Notes under the pieces: model-generated | Told to the model about the DNA's origin: nothing | The model's input: the letters and a program-made list of their open reading frames with translations, nothing else | The model's database searches: none | Shown: in pieces, positions 10,106 to 21,667 of the stretch | How positions within the stretch are numbered: position 1 is the stretch's first letter | How the letters are laid out: every line of letters begins with the position of its first letter | Translations under genes and position numbers: made by a program | Assembly (NCBI GenBank): GCA_965240325.2 | Contig: OZ251235.1 | Coordinates: 1,178,001-1,242,000, forward strand | DNA length: 64,000 nucleotides | Direction: 5' to 3' | Source of the DNA: Rebecca billardiae RCC1528 | Lineage: Eukaryota > Protista > Haptophyta

Positions 10106-10798
10106 ATTGGGTAAACGCGAGCTCCGAGCGTCTCGAGCCCTGCTAAAAGCTCACCTGCACGTCCTCGGGCGCGTCGTCGGTGACGCCCACGAAGGCAATC
10201 TCGACCCTCGCTCCTCTGACGAGCGAAGCTAACCTCCCGCCGAGCTCTTTTCGGGTCCGGCGGGGTGACCCGGCGTTTGCTGGCCCGGCTCGGGGAATCT
10301 CAATGATTCCGAGCCGCACGCCCCGTGCGTCAACCAATCACAGGTGTTCCCGACGCACCGCCGTAACTGCTGGTCGCACACGGTTTCTGGATCCGTGTAC
10401 CCGTTGAATCCGGACGTCCTCGTCCGTGATGAATTTCTGGATGAAACGGTCGTGTTTGCGTTCTCGAGAACTCCAACACGCTTCCACGATGGCGGCCGGG
10501 CCATGCCCGTGCGACGTCACCGTGCCGCGCTGCGCCGGGCCGTACCGCCCGCGCACGCGCCGCGTCCGTGTCGCTCCGCGTCCGCGCTGCCGCGTCCGCG
10601 CTCCGCGTCCACGTCGATCCGCGCCAGCGCTGCTGCGCTCGCGCTCCTGCCGCCGCGCGCGCCGCGCGCGCGCGCCGCCAGAGCCAGCCACTGCTCCGTA
10701 GCTGATGCCGCCGGCCCGCCTGGTGCGGCGCCGGCCCTGACGTCCCAGCGGCGACGCCATCTGCTGAGATGCGCGCCCCAGGCTGCGTCAGCTCAACA
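10105..10798 (-). repeat. 5' LTR (694 bp)
   Basis: Direct repeat of 3341-4146. Confidence 0.95.
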
Positions 10799-11301
10799 TA
10801 ATAACTCCTATACTACTTCTACTCACTAACTTACTACCGACTACGGAGCCTCAACGATGCTGATATCCCGGTTCTGTGCCGCTGTGACCAATCGTTCGGC
10901 CGCCGTTGGCGTCCGCCGGGCCCGCCGACAAATGAGTAATCACTCTCGACGTAGTAGTAGACTCAATCAACAGCCCGGCGCAGCGCCCTCTGGCCGCACA
11001 GGCTTCGCGATCCTCAACACGGCGGAGGCTGCGCCTGCGAAGCCGCCGCACGCGTCTCACAGCCGGTGACGACTGACGTAGCCATATGCGCGCGCGGTAT
11101 ACCGTACAGTATAGGCTGCCGCCGCCCGCTGGCGCCGGCGGCTCACCGCTCAGGCGCGATTGGCAGGCAGCGTAGTCATGTCGTATATCGATTAATACTC
11201 TGTACTCATCAGCGCCGGCCGCTGACGTCGGCATGTTATAATCATCGCACATATATATATGAAAACGCTTGCCCGTTGCATACTGTGTCACGACCACGTC
11301 G

Positions 11302-11432
<131 letters not shown>

Positions 11433-11706
11433 AGAGAGAGAGATATGTCGAATACGATTAATGTCCCGTGCGCCGCGCAGCTCGGGAATTAATAATCGCA
11501 GGATGGCAGGAAAGTATTACTATTAGCAGCGCGCTACTGTTTATTATTTACTATTTATTAGGCAGTCGTCAGCGAATGTAGTTATTATAGATGAATTACG
11601 AAAAATCAATTAAGGCCCGCCATATCGTCAATAATAAGCCCGAAGCACTTGCCAAGCGGTTCTGAGCAGAGTCCAAGTCGCGACTAAGCGCGCGCCACCG
11701 AGGGCA

Positions 11707-11834
11707 CCGTGGGTGACTGGGTGAGTGTCAGCTGACAACCTCCGCTGAGACTCGTTAATGCAGACTTGGGCCGTGGGTGACTGGGTGAGTGTCAGCTGAC
11801 AACCTCCGCTGAGACTCGTTAATGCAGACTTGGG
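11707..11834. repeat. Perfect 64-bp tandem duplication (2 copies) downstream of the MAIP1-like gene
   Basis: CCGTGGGTGACTGGG...GCAGACTTGGG at 11707-11770 and 11771-11834. Confidence 0.95.
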
Positions 11835-11870
11835 CAACAGCCAGGCAATCGATGGGTGGGCGCGAGCCGC

Positions 11871-12752
11871 TCAATAGATGGACACGAGCTTCCACTGCAG
11901 ATCGGGCGCACCAACGCACCCCTCGAAGCGCCACACGGACGTGACGGTGCGCGGCTGCGCGAAGAGGTCAATCGGGTTGCCGTTGGCCTCGTCGATGAGC
12001 TCGAACGACTCCTCCGCGACGAAACGCACGTCGACGGCGGCCCAGATCTCCTTGCCTTGCTGGAGCTGCGAGAGCAGCGACTCCCGCGGCGCGTCGGCGC
12101 TGCCGCCCTCGCCCTCCTCCGCGTTGGCGGAGGGGAACACGATGCGGTGCAGCACCGCCGTCTGCACGTTGACCGCGTCCTCAAAGCCGCCCTCGGGCGC
12201 TCGAAGCGCGACGGCCTTCGAGCTGTAGTCGTACATGGCCTCCTGCATCGCGGAGAGGCAGTCCGCCGAGACGAGCGGCGTCAGCGCGGCCCATTGCCGC
12301 TCGTACATCAGCCGTGACACCGCCACGTACGCGCCCTTGCTCCCCTGGAGGAACGACTCCACGTCGAGCGGCACCCACAGCAGCGTCGCGCTCAGCTCCA
12401 TCTGGCGGAAGATGTTGAGCTCGCGGTCGCACAGACCGCGCGACCAGAGCTCGCTGACGGAGCTGACGGTGTGCACGGTGGACGGCGGCGGTGGCGGCGA
12501 CGACGACGGCTCGCCACCGCCGCCGCTGCTCGATGAGCCGCCGCCAGAGGCCGATGGTGTGCACATGGCGCGCGCGAGCGTGCGCCACACCGGAACTGAG
12601 CTAGCACTGGCGAGTGGGCCGACTGCAGGGGTTGCACGCGCAAGATGCAGCCAGCGCGACGTGTCGCCACCGCGTGCCGCGAGATGGCGGCGCAATGCTG
12701 GGATCGCATGGCCGGATACACGCGCCCAGGCTGATGTTCGGCGAGCCGACAT
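11871..12752 (-). CDS. Mitochondrial MAIP1/Tim44-like domain protein
   Basis: Arg-rich, acid-poor N-terminal presequence. FLQGSKGAYVAVSRLM...LTPLVS and a C-terminal VWRFE...WKLV segment resemble the Tim44/MAIP1 fold. Confidence 0.6.
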   Translation of the reverse strand: MSARRTSAWARVSGHAIPALRRHLAARGGDTSRWLHLARATPAVGPLASASSVPVWRTLARAMCTPSASGGGSSSSGGGGEPSSSPPPPPSTVHTVSSVSELWSRGLCDRELNIFRQMELSATLLWVPLDVESFLQGSKGAYVAVSRLMYERQWAALTPLVSADCLSAMQEAMYDYSSKAVALRAPEGGFEDAVNVQTAVLHRIVFPSANAEEGEGGSADAPRESLLSQLQQGKEIWAAVDVRFVAEESFELIDEANGNPIDLFAQPRTVTSVWRFEGCVGAPDLQWKLVSIY

Positions 12753-12948
12753 GCTGGCCGGCGACTATTCGCTGACGAAGCATCGAGTTGAGGAATCTGC
12801 AATTACAACCGGAAAGATCCCGTCCAAGTTACCCGGCGAAGCAGCGGACGCGCACCAGGGCTGCAGCGCGTGGCCGTGGGTTTCGGGCGTGCTCGAGACA
12901 CCGATCCGACGATCCGGTCATCACAACCCAGGCGAGTGCACGGCCGTC

Positions 12949-14128
12949 ATGGGGAGCATCCTCAAGCTGGCCGCAGCTCTGCTGCTTGCGTCCGCGGCGT
13001 GTGGCGGGGCGGGGGTCAGGCCGGCGGGCTGGGCCCGCCCCGCGGCGATCAGTCGGTCGGCACAGTGCCCGCGCAGCCGCGTGCTCGCCAGGAACCTGCA
13101 CCCGGCGCAGGAAGAGCGCGAGCGCACGGAGACCCCGGACTGGGGATTCCCGCCGCTCCCGCGCATCGACGCGATGAACGGAGCGCGCGACGAGGGCTCG
13201 GCGTCGAGTCCAAAGCAGAAAGAGTCGGGTGATGGGGGCGGCGCGGTCGCCCTTGGAGCGCTCGCCTCCTCCGCCCTCATCTCGGAGGCCATCCAGGTCG
13301 TCGGCACGGGCGGTCTCGTGTATCTTGCCAAGGAGTTCACGCATGCAGACGACCTCACGACGGCGGTCTCGGTGCTGTCGGACTACTTCCAATCCCTCGG
13401 CTGGGAGGGGTACCTGCTGTACGCCGCGATTCAGATCTTCCTGCAGGTCATCCCCGTCGCCTCCGCCTTCGTGCTCACCGTCTCGGCGGGCGTTGTGTTT
13501 GGCAGCGTCGGCAAGGCGACCGCGCTGGTCGCGGCCGCCTCCACCACGTCCGCGGCGATCGCGTTCGCGATCGCGCGCTTCGCGCTGCGCGACAAGATCC
13601 TCGAGGTGGCGGGCGACAACAAGGCGGTCGCGACGATCGACAAGGCCCTGGACAAGGCCGACCTGGCCACCTCGATGCTCGTGATCATCCTGTTGAGATC
13701 TTCGCCCCTCCTCCCCTTCCCCTGGGCATCGTATCTCTTCGGTGCGCGCCGCGCCGCGCTGAGCGCGCGCGCGTGCAGCGCCGGGCCGCGTCGACGCCCG
13801 GGGCGCCGCTCGGGTTGGGCCCTGCGCGTGCGCTCACGGAGTGCCTCCCCGTGCGCCGCGCACGCGCACGCGCCCCCCTCCCCGCCGGGCCACAGGCCTC
13901 TCGACGGTGCCCTTCTCCGCGTACATCGTGGGCACGCTCGCGGGCACGCTGCCCGCCATCTTTGCGTACGTGAACGCCGGCCAGCTCAGCTCCGAGATTC
14001 TGCTGTCCGGGACGCCGCCGTCGTGGCTGGTGCAGTTCGGGCTGGCGGCGACGCTCGGCGCGGTGGTGCTCATCGGCAACCTCGCGAGCGACGCGCTCAA
14101 GGACCTCGACGTCGATTTGGAGGACTGA
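12949..14128 (+). CDS. TVP38/TMEM64 (DedA/VTT, SNARE-associated) membrane protein, probably plastid-targeted; exons 12949-13741, 13896-14128
   Basis: Signal peptide plus transit-like region, several TM helices, motifs AGVVFG, FAIARF, LLRSSPLLPF and SYLFGLS..F..Y..GT. Intron 13742-13895 restores the frame. Confidence 0.85.
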
Positions 14129-14298
14129 GCGGACATCATGTGTAGTGGTGATGTGCATCACCGGCTAAGTGCACCGTGCTCTCTGAAACTTTGAGTCTGA
14201 AACTGACAACTCATGTATACGCTCATCAAATAATATAATAAGCAGTCTGTATTTGAAGCTATCCGATGCTGCTGCTCGCGTCAGAGACAGCGTCGTGG

Positions 14299-14299
<1 letters not shown>

Positions 14300-14380
<81 letters not shown>

Positions 14381-14517
14381 CTCAGTCTATACATGAGTAT
14401 AGACTATTAGTTTCAGACTGAAACTAATAATATATATACATATATATATATATATATAGCTCAGTCTCGGCAGATGCTTAATGCGCTGAATAATATATAT
14501 ATATATATATATATATA
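14300..14517. repeat. (TA)n microsatellite cluster with two adjacent short hairpins
   Basis: TA runs flank AGTCTATAC-atga-GTATAGACT and TATTAGTTTCAG-a-CTGAAACTAATA (14405-14429). Confidence 0.85.
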
Positions 14518-14712
14518 ATTATTAGCAGCGCGCGTCGTATCATAGTTGCCGCCGCTATTATTCATCTGTTGATGCTGATGACTACGATTTATCAGCATCA
14601 GCAGGCTACCGCCCCTCGCTCGCATTCCGCGCAGCGCCATTCCCATTGGCGTGATCCGCGTCATGGACATGAGTGCATGGTCGATGGTCCGACTCGATGG
14701 CGACCGGGTCGT

Positions 14713-17371
14713 TCACTTGCTCGCCAGCAGCTTGACGGCGCTCGGCGTGAAGAAGTTGTCAGCGACCGTGATCTCGCCCGCCTTGATCTTGTCGTGCAGA
14801 TCGCGCACGCTCTCCTCGACCGTGTTGCGGTACACGAAGCGGTGGACCGTCACCTGCTTGTTCTGCCCGAGCCGGTGGATGCGGCCGGCCGCCTGCACCT
14901 CCGCAGACGGGTCGAGGCACGGCTCCATCAGGTACACGGCGTCCGCGGCGGTGAGCGTGATGCCGACCGCGCCGGACTTGAGCGTGATCACGAAGATCTT
15001 GCACCCGTCGCTGCCGTCGTCGTCGTCCGCCTCCTCCTCGCCCGCGCCCTCGCTCGCCGCCGGCGCGCCCTCGGCGGCGGCGGGCGCGTCCGCCCGGCGC
15101 TCGAGCGCCGACTGGAAGGTGCGGATGGAGGCGGAGCGGTGGCCGGCGTTGGACGAGCCGGTGAAGGCGAGCACGGTGAAGCCGTCGCGCCGCAGCATCG
15201 AGGTGATGAGCGCGTGCGCGACGTTGTGCTGCGTGAAGACGACCGCGTGCATCTTCGGGTCGCGCCGCCGCCGCTCGCGCAGAGCGTCGCGCAGCGCGGC
15301 GAACTTGGTGCACGCCTCCGCGGACCGCGGCTGCGCGCCCGCGTCCGCGCCGAGCGCGCGCGCCACGTGCGCGCACACCTGCAGCCGCGTGCGCAGCGCC
15401 TGCTGCAGCACGAAGCCCTTCGCGCCCGTGCGCTTGAGCTCGGCCAGCCGCCCGTCCTCGCGCGCCGACGCCGCCGCGTACTCTGCGCGCTCGCCGGCCG
15501 ACATGTCGAGCGCATGCGTCTTGAAGCTCTGGTCGGGCAGGGCGAGGGCCGCGCCGCCTGAGATCTGCTGCTCCTTCGTGTGTCGGATCATCAGCCGCTG
15601 CAGCGCGTCGGTGAGCTCGCGGAGGGAGGCGGCGGCCTTGTTGAACTCGAAGCGCGTGCACGCCGACGCGAGCATCAGCCCGCCGCGCCAGTGCCCCACG
15701 AACTCCGCCTGCGCCTCGAGCTCCTTGACGGACGACGTGCACGGCGTGCCAGTCACCGCCCAACGGTAAGTCGAGCGCGTTGCCTGCACGTTCACAAACT
15801 GCTGCGTCTTCACGCCGGGGAGCAGGTGGCTCTGCGAGGGGCGGCGCGGCGCGGAGCGCGCGGCGCGGCGATGAGCGAGCCAGCCGCGCGGCGCACGACC
15901 CGGCGCTCGCCCCCGCCCCCGCGCGAGCGCGCAGCACCTCGTCGTAAATCACGCGGCGGAAGTGTCGCGCGTCCCGGGCAAACGGCTGCCCCGCGCGGCC
16001 GAGCTCGGTCCAGCTCATGGTGCTGCGCGTCGTCAGCACCACGTCGTACTCGCCGGCGGCGAGCGCGGCGATGGCGCGCGGCGTGAACTTGCCCTTGTTG
16101 TCCAGCGTCACCACGCGCAGCTGCGGCGCGTGCTTCGCGAGCTCGTCCGCCCACTGGCCGAGCAGAGAGACAGGCACGAAGATCACAGTCGTGGGCACCT
16201 CGGTCGAGGGCGGCGCGGCGGGCGCGGGCGCGGGCGCGGCGGCGGGCGCGGCGGCGGGCGAGGCGGCGGCGTCCGCGGCGACGAGGCAGGCGCAAACGAG
16301 CGTCTTGCCCATCCCCACCGCGTCGGCCAGCCAGCCGCCAGCACGGAGCGCGTCGACCGGCGCGGCGCCCCCGGCTGCGCCGAGCGGCGCGTGCCTGTAA
16401 CTCGTATGCTGCGGCCGTGGCATGGTGCTGTCTTCGCCCGCCTCCATCGCGCGCATGAACGCGAGCGACTGGCGCTGGTAGTGGCGCAGCGTCGCGGTGA
16501 TGCCCGCGGGCGCGCGCGCCTCCACAGGGTGCACGCGCTGCACCGCCTTGAGCACGGACTCGCACGAGAACTGCGAGAGCCGCTGATCGCGCTGCTCCGC
16601 GGCGCTCGGCGCCGGCGGCGCGGGCGGCTGCGGCGGCGCGGCCGGGCGCGGCGGCTGGTGCGGCGCGCCGTGCGCAACGCCCGGCATGCGGAAGAAGGGC
16701 GGCAGCGGCCTGCCGGACTTGGTGCACTCGCGCAGGACGCGCCAGTTCAGGTCCCGGTGCGTCGCGTTCGAGTGCGGCTGCCAGGACGCGCACGCGGAGG
16801 CCGGCACATCGCAGATGTAGCAGTAGCAGTTGGTGCAGCACACGAGGTTGCGCGCGCTCCCGGACGGGAAGAAGGCGTGCAGCGCGCAGCTGCGGCGCGC
16901 AATGCGGGCGTGAGGTGGCGCGTGGGGCGAGCGTGCTCAGAAAGCGCCGCGCGTGCTCGGCGCCGCGCGCCGCGCCGCCGCCGCGCGTGAGCGCGCGCAC
17001 TTCTCGCGCGCGTGCGGGAAGTCGACGAGTGCGCCGTGCACAGCGACGACCTGGAGCTCATCTGCGCGCGGAGCGTGGACGCGCGATTGTATGACGCGAT
17101 GCACCGTGCGCATCAGCCACAACGCCACGCGCACACGCAAACGTGCGTGAACGCATCGGGCGCGGCGCACGCGCTGAGCACCATCGTTGTTCTCATCGTC
17201 GGGCGTCGGGGCATCCGCGTTCCGATCGCGGAAGGCGTTCGAGGCCGGGGCGTTCGAGGGCGTCGTAGCAGCCAGGACCAGAGCGCTCGAAGTTCCTGCC
17301 GATCCCGCCCCGACGCCCTCCGAGTCCTCCTCGCGCGCCCGCTTGCGTCCCTCCACCTTGACGCGCGACAT
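14713..17371 (-). CDS. SNF2-family (RAD5/RAD16-like) ATPase with an N-terminal RIN13-like Cys/His domain; exons 17371-17182, 17061-17001, 16889-15938, 15831-14713
   Basis: Motifs LRHYQRQSL, GGWLADAVGMGKT, VPVSLLGQW, RVIYDESH (after splicing), RWAVTGTP, VVFTQH, GAVGITLTAA and QAAGRIHRLGQ. The spliced N-terminus reads DFPHARENC...CTNCYCYICD..A..C..W..H. Confidence 0.88.
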
Positions 17372-17576
17372 CTCGGCTCAGTGCTGAGCCCGTTGGTCAG
17401 CTTGCTTTGCGCGCGGCGCGCCGGTCCGGATTGCCCGCAATGGTTCCGGTGCTTGGAATTCGTCGCAAAACTTCAGAGGTCGGTGGGCCGGGCCGTCGTC
17501 GTTCGTCAGGCGGCTCGGAAGAACTCCCCACGACCTCTCCGGGGACTTGTCCATTCGCCCGCAAGGAGCGCCACGA

Positions 17577-20326
17577 ATGCCGTCCCGGCGCAGCGCGCGC
17601 ACCGCGCAGCCACCGCCCGCTGACGAGGAGCCTGAGACGCCCAAGCCTCGCGCCAGCCGCAAGACCAAGGCGTCTGCTTCGCCTAATCCGCCCAACGCCG
17701 CGCCCGAGCCTCCCGCAAAGAAGGCACGGGCGAGCCGCGCTGGCAAGGGTGCTGGTGGCGCACCGACTTCGACCAACTTCATCACCGCGCCTTCGCCAGG
17801 CAGCAAGGCCAGCCTCGCAGGTAACGCACTTCCCAAGGCTACTGCGATTGCCGGCAAGTTGGACGCCGGCGTCGCCACGCTCGATCCGCCGCTCGCCGCG
17901 CGCGCGTCTCTGCACACGGGCGCTGACTCGCTCGTGCGCGACGCACGGCTCGCGCTTGTCGAGCCCGCGAAGAAGAAGGACAAGTATTACGTGCTGCAGT
18001 TGATAGAGGATAACCAGACGTCGAGCAAGCGCTTCCACGTCTTTTGGCGACGGGGCCGCACGGGCACCGCCGGGCAGTGCAAGCTCGACGGCCCGATGAG
18101 CGCTTCCAGCGCGGAGGCGCGTTTCGACAAGCTCTTCACCGCCAAGACGGGCTACCCGTGGGGCACGCCACTGCCGCAGCTCGGCGGGCACTACGCGCAC
18201 CTGCACGCGCCCGCGGCCCCGCCGCCGGCGAGCAGCGCGGCGCAGCCGATGCGCTGGCAGTACTGGCTGACTGCCGACCCGCTCGGCAAGCCGGATGGTT
18301 GGTACGACTACGACGACGCCAACTCGGCCCAGGTGCGGGTGCGCTCTTCCGCCGCATGAGATCGGGCCCTGGCCACTGCGCCGATCTGGCGCAATGCGTA
18401 CCTTTCCCACATCCGCTCCGCGCGCGTAATCGTCTGCACGTGTGCTCACTGCGTGTTATGAACGTGCGCGCGCGCACGCCATTGCCCATGCATGCATGCA
18501 TGCGCGCGCGCTGCGCATGCATGCGCACGCTCGGGTGCGCCGCACGCGCTTTTGGGCAGGTGGAGCAGCTGTGGCTTGTGCTGCAGACCAACCCAAGCGT
18601 GAGCGAGCGCTTCGTCACATCGGACACGTCGGGCTACTCGTATTGCGTCGACCTTGCCGCGCTCACGCAGAGGAACACGACGTCGCACATGACGCGGCAG
18701 ATCCGACGCACCGCGCCTCCGCTGCCGGCGGGCCATGCGCCGACGCCGACGCGGACGCCGGCGTCGAGCGTCGCGCCCACGCCCCCGCGCGCTGCGCCCG
18801 TGGCGAGCCTCGCGCGTCAGGCGGACGTGCTCGGTGACCCGTGCATCCGCGGCGGGCGCGTGGTGGATGAGTGCGACGCTCTTCTCAACCAGACCGACAT
18901 CGCCAACAACAACAACAAGTTCATCCGCGCGCAGGTGGTGCGCACGGCGGCGGGCTGCTTCTTCCATCGGCGTTGGGGCCGGGTGGGCGAGAACGGCCAG
19001 TTCAAGACCGAAGGGCCAATGCTCGACGAGGAAGGCGTGCGCAAGTTCACGTTGTACTTTCGCACCAAGACGGGCTGGGCGTGGGACGAGCGGCAGACCG
19101 CGCCGGCGACGCCGCGCAAGGGCAAGTACAGCCTCGTGGACATGGAGGGCGACGAGGCGGCGGCGCGACGGCAGCTCGCGTCGACCGGCGCGCCAGCGAG
19201 CGCGCCAGGCGCCGCGGCGCCGCGCGCGCCGCGCACGCTGCCGTGCGCCCTCGCGCCGGCCACGCTCGGGCTGATCGAGCTGATCTTCGAGCGCGAGACC
19301 TTTGAGAGCGCGATGAGCGCGCTCGAGATCGACCCGGCGCGGCTGCCGCTCGGCGCGCTGTCGCACGCGCAGCTCGAGAAGGGCGAGCGTGCGCTCGAGG
19401 CCGTGGAGGCGGCGATCGCGCGCCGCGCGCCGGCCGCCGAGCTCGAGGACCTCTCCGCCGCGTTCTACACGTGCGTCCCGCACGCCTTCGGCCGCGCGCG
19501 CCCACCGGCGCTGCGCACGCAACCAGCAGTGGCTGCCAAGTTTGAGCTGCTCAACGTGCTGCGCGACATCGACGAGGGCAACCGGATGGCCGAGGCGGCG
19601 GCGAAGGCGTCCGCCGCCGCGGCCGCCTCCGGCGCGCGCGCCACCGTCGCGCACCCCGCCGACGACAAGTACGCGACCCTGGCGTGCACGCTCGAGCCGC
19701 TCGCCGGCTCGGACCCCGAGCTCGCGCTCATCCGTCAGTACGTCTCGGCGACTGGCCCAAAGGGCCCGGTGCTGCTCTCGGCGTGGCGCGCCGAGCGGCA
19801 CGGCGAGGCGGAGCGCTTCCGTGCGTACGACCAGCTCGCCAATCGCCGGCTGCTCTGGCACGGCACGAACGTCGCCGTCGTCGCCGCCATCCTCAAGTCG
19901 GGCCTGCGCATCATGCCGCACTCGGGCGGCCGAGTCGGCCGCGGCATCTACCTCGCAGACATGCAGGAGAAGTCCGCATCGTACGTGCGCGCGGTGCCCG
20001 CGCGGCAGGGGAGCGGGCAGCGGGCGATCATGTTCCTCGTCGAGGCTGCGCTCGGCGCGCAGCACGAGGTCACGCGCGACGGGCCGCACGCCTCGGGGCT
20101 GAGCGCCGCGCCGAGTGGCTTCGACTCCGTGCTCGCGCGCGGCACGCACGCGCCCGACGCCGCCTTTGACCAGTCGCTCTCGCTCGACGGCCGCGAGGTC
20201 CAGGTGCCGCAGGGCCCTGTGCGCGCGACGGGCGTGGCGTCGAGCTTCCAGCACAACGAGTTCCTCGTCTACAACGAGGGGCAGCATCGCATTCGCTACG
20301 TGCTGCTCTTCGATTGGGGCCACTGA
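17577..20326 (+). CDS. Poly(ADP-ribose) polymerase, PARP2/3-like, with WGR-WWE-WGR-regulatory-catalytic domains; exons 17577-18332, 18560-20326
   Basis: WGR1: KYYVLQL..RRGRTG..FTAKTG. WWE: WQYW..GWYDYD..VE..YCVDL..LTQRN..RQIRR. WGR2: NNNKF..RWGRVGE..FRTKTG. PLGALS and FYTCVPH in the regulatory domain. Catalytic motifs LLWHGT, GRGIYLAD and HNEFLVY. Confidence 0.93.
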
Positions 20327-20595
20327 TGAGCTGCAGCTGCTGGCCAGCTGGGACCACTGTCGGCTGCCAGCTGGTCGTGGGCCTCGCTGCTCGCAGTGGG
20401 CCGGCACAGTGGGGGCAGGCTGCGCCGCGGCGCCGCCGCCATCATTCATCATTGGCAGCAATGCATGATGTTGAAGACTGTTACTTAGCAGAATCTTGAC
20501 GACTTGAGTGAGACACAATTGAGCAGCATCAGTGCGACCAACGCGCGCAGCACGACTGGCGCTGTCTCAGCCATTGATGGCGGTTCGGAACGAAG

Positions 20596-21393
20596 TTACG
20601 AACCGCCACCGAGCTGCATTGCCCTGCGGGCAAAGAGGCATATGGCCCCGTGGGCCCCCTGCGCGAGGCTCACTGCGTCGTCGAGGGCATCGGCGCGAAG
20701 GCCAGCCGTGCCGCTCATGGCGAGCAGCGCTGGGAGCTGCGACTCTGCAGGCGTGGCAGGCGTGTCGCTCGGTCCGTCGGCAGCATTGTGACGCACACAT
20801 GCGATGGTGTGCACCGAGTGCGCGCACGCCTCCTCGTTGGCAGTCGGGTCAAGAAGCAGCTGCGCAGGGCAAGCAGGATCTCCTGTGGGACGGCCGCTCG
20901 ACGGTGGTGTAGCCTCCCCCTTCTTGCTCGTCGCGTCGCCCTCGGCGGGGACGATGGCCACGGTCACGGCGCTGGGCAAGCCGCGCATCGGCACGCCTGC
21001 ATCCATGAGCGCGATCGCGGTGCCGTTCACGAGTGCGGCTGCGAGCGCACCGTCGTCCTGCACGACCTGCGCAACGATGCTGATCGCCGTGCGCGGGTGC
21101 AGCGTCCTGACCACGAGCGGCTCGATCAGCCCCTGCAGCGACGCCTCGAGCTCGCGCTCGCGCACGCCTGGCACGCCAGCGCGCGGGCGCACGATCACTT
21201 CGATGGTTGCACGGTCGAGCTCCTCGCGCCGCTTCTTCACCTCGCACGGGCCGTAGACGGCGACGAGGACGGAGGTGAGGTCTTGCGAGTACCGTGCTGA
21301 GCCATCCGCCCGGCGTAGCACGCCACGCTCGCAGCGCATGGGCCTGAGGCTCGCTGGCTCTCTAGCATCGTGCCGCTTCGGCGCGGCCGCCAT
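20596..21393 (-). CDS. RRP46: Exosome complex component RRP46 (RNase PH-like)
   Basis: LRRADGSA, VLVAVYGP, ATIEVIVRP, PRTAISIVAQVVQDDG and ALMDAGVPM. Confidence 0.88.
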   Translation of the reverse strand: MAAAPKRHDAREPASLRPMRCERGVLRRADGSARYSQDLTSVLVAVYGPCEVKKRREELDRATIEVIVRPRAGVPGVRERELEASLQGLIEPLVVRTLHPRTAISIVAQVVQDDGALAAALVNGTAIALMDAGVPMRGLPSAVTVAIVPAEGDATSKKGEATPPSSGRPTGDPACPAQLLLDPTANEEACAHSVHTIACVRHNAADGPSDTPATPAESQLPALLAMSGTAGLRADALDDAVSLAQGAHGAICLFARRAMQLGGGS

Positions 21394-21667
21394 GCTTACC
21401 GCCGGCCAGAGCAACGTGGCTGTGTCCGGGCGGCAGATTTCTGCTATTGAGAAACTTTTCTCAGGGCCGCTCGGTGGCCGGTGGCCGGTTGGCCGGGACG
21501 GCCCGCCAGTTGTGCCGGAACATCACCAACTACGAACGGGCAAACATCAGTCACAGAGCAAGCTTGATGACGCAAAGGCCGAAACCCCGTGCGGCCGGGG
21601 ATTTCGTTCGGCGGTCCTCCATCGCGGTTCTCGGCCCCGAGATCGGCGCGTCTCGCCGGCCGCCACC

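Larger units (their letters stand above)
3341..10798 (-). mobile_element. Full-length Ty1/copia LTR retrotransposon, recent insertion
   Basis: Paired LTRs, a 5-bp TSD TAATA (3336-3340 and 10799-10803), domain order gag-PR-INT-RT-RNaseH, and a polypurine tract next to the 3' LTR. Confidence 0.97.
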
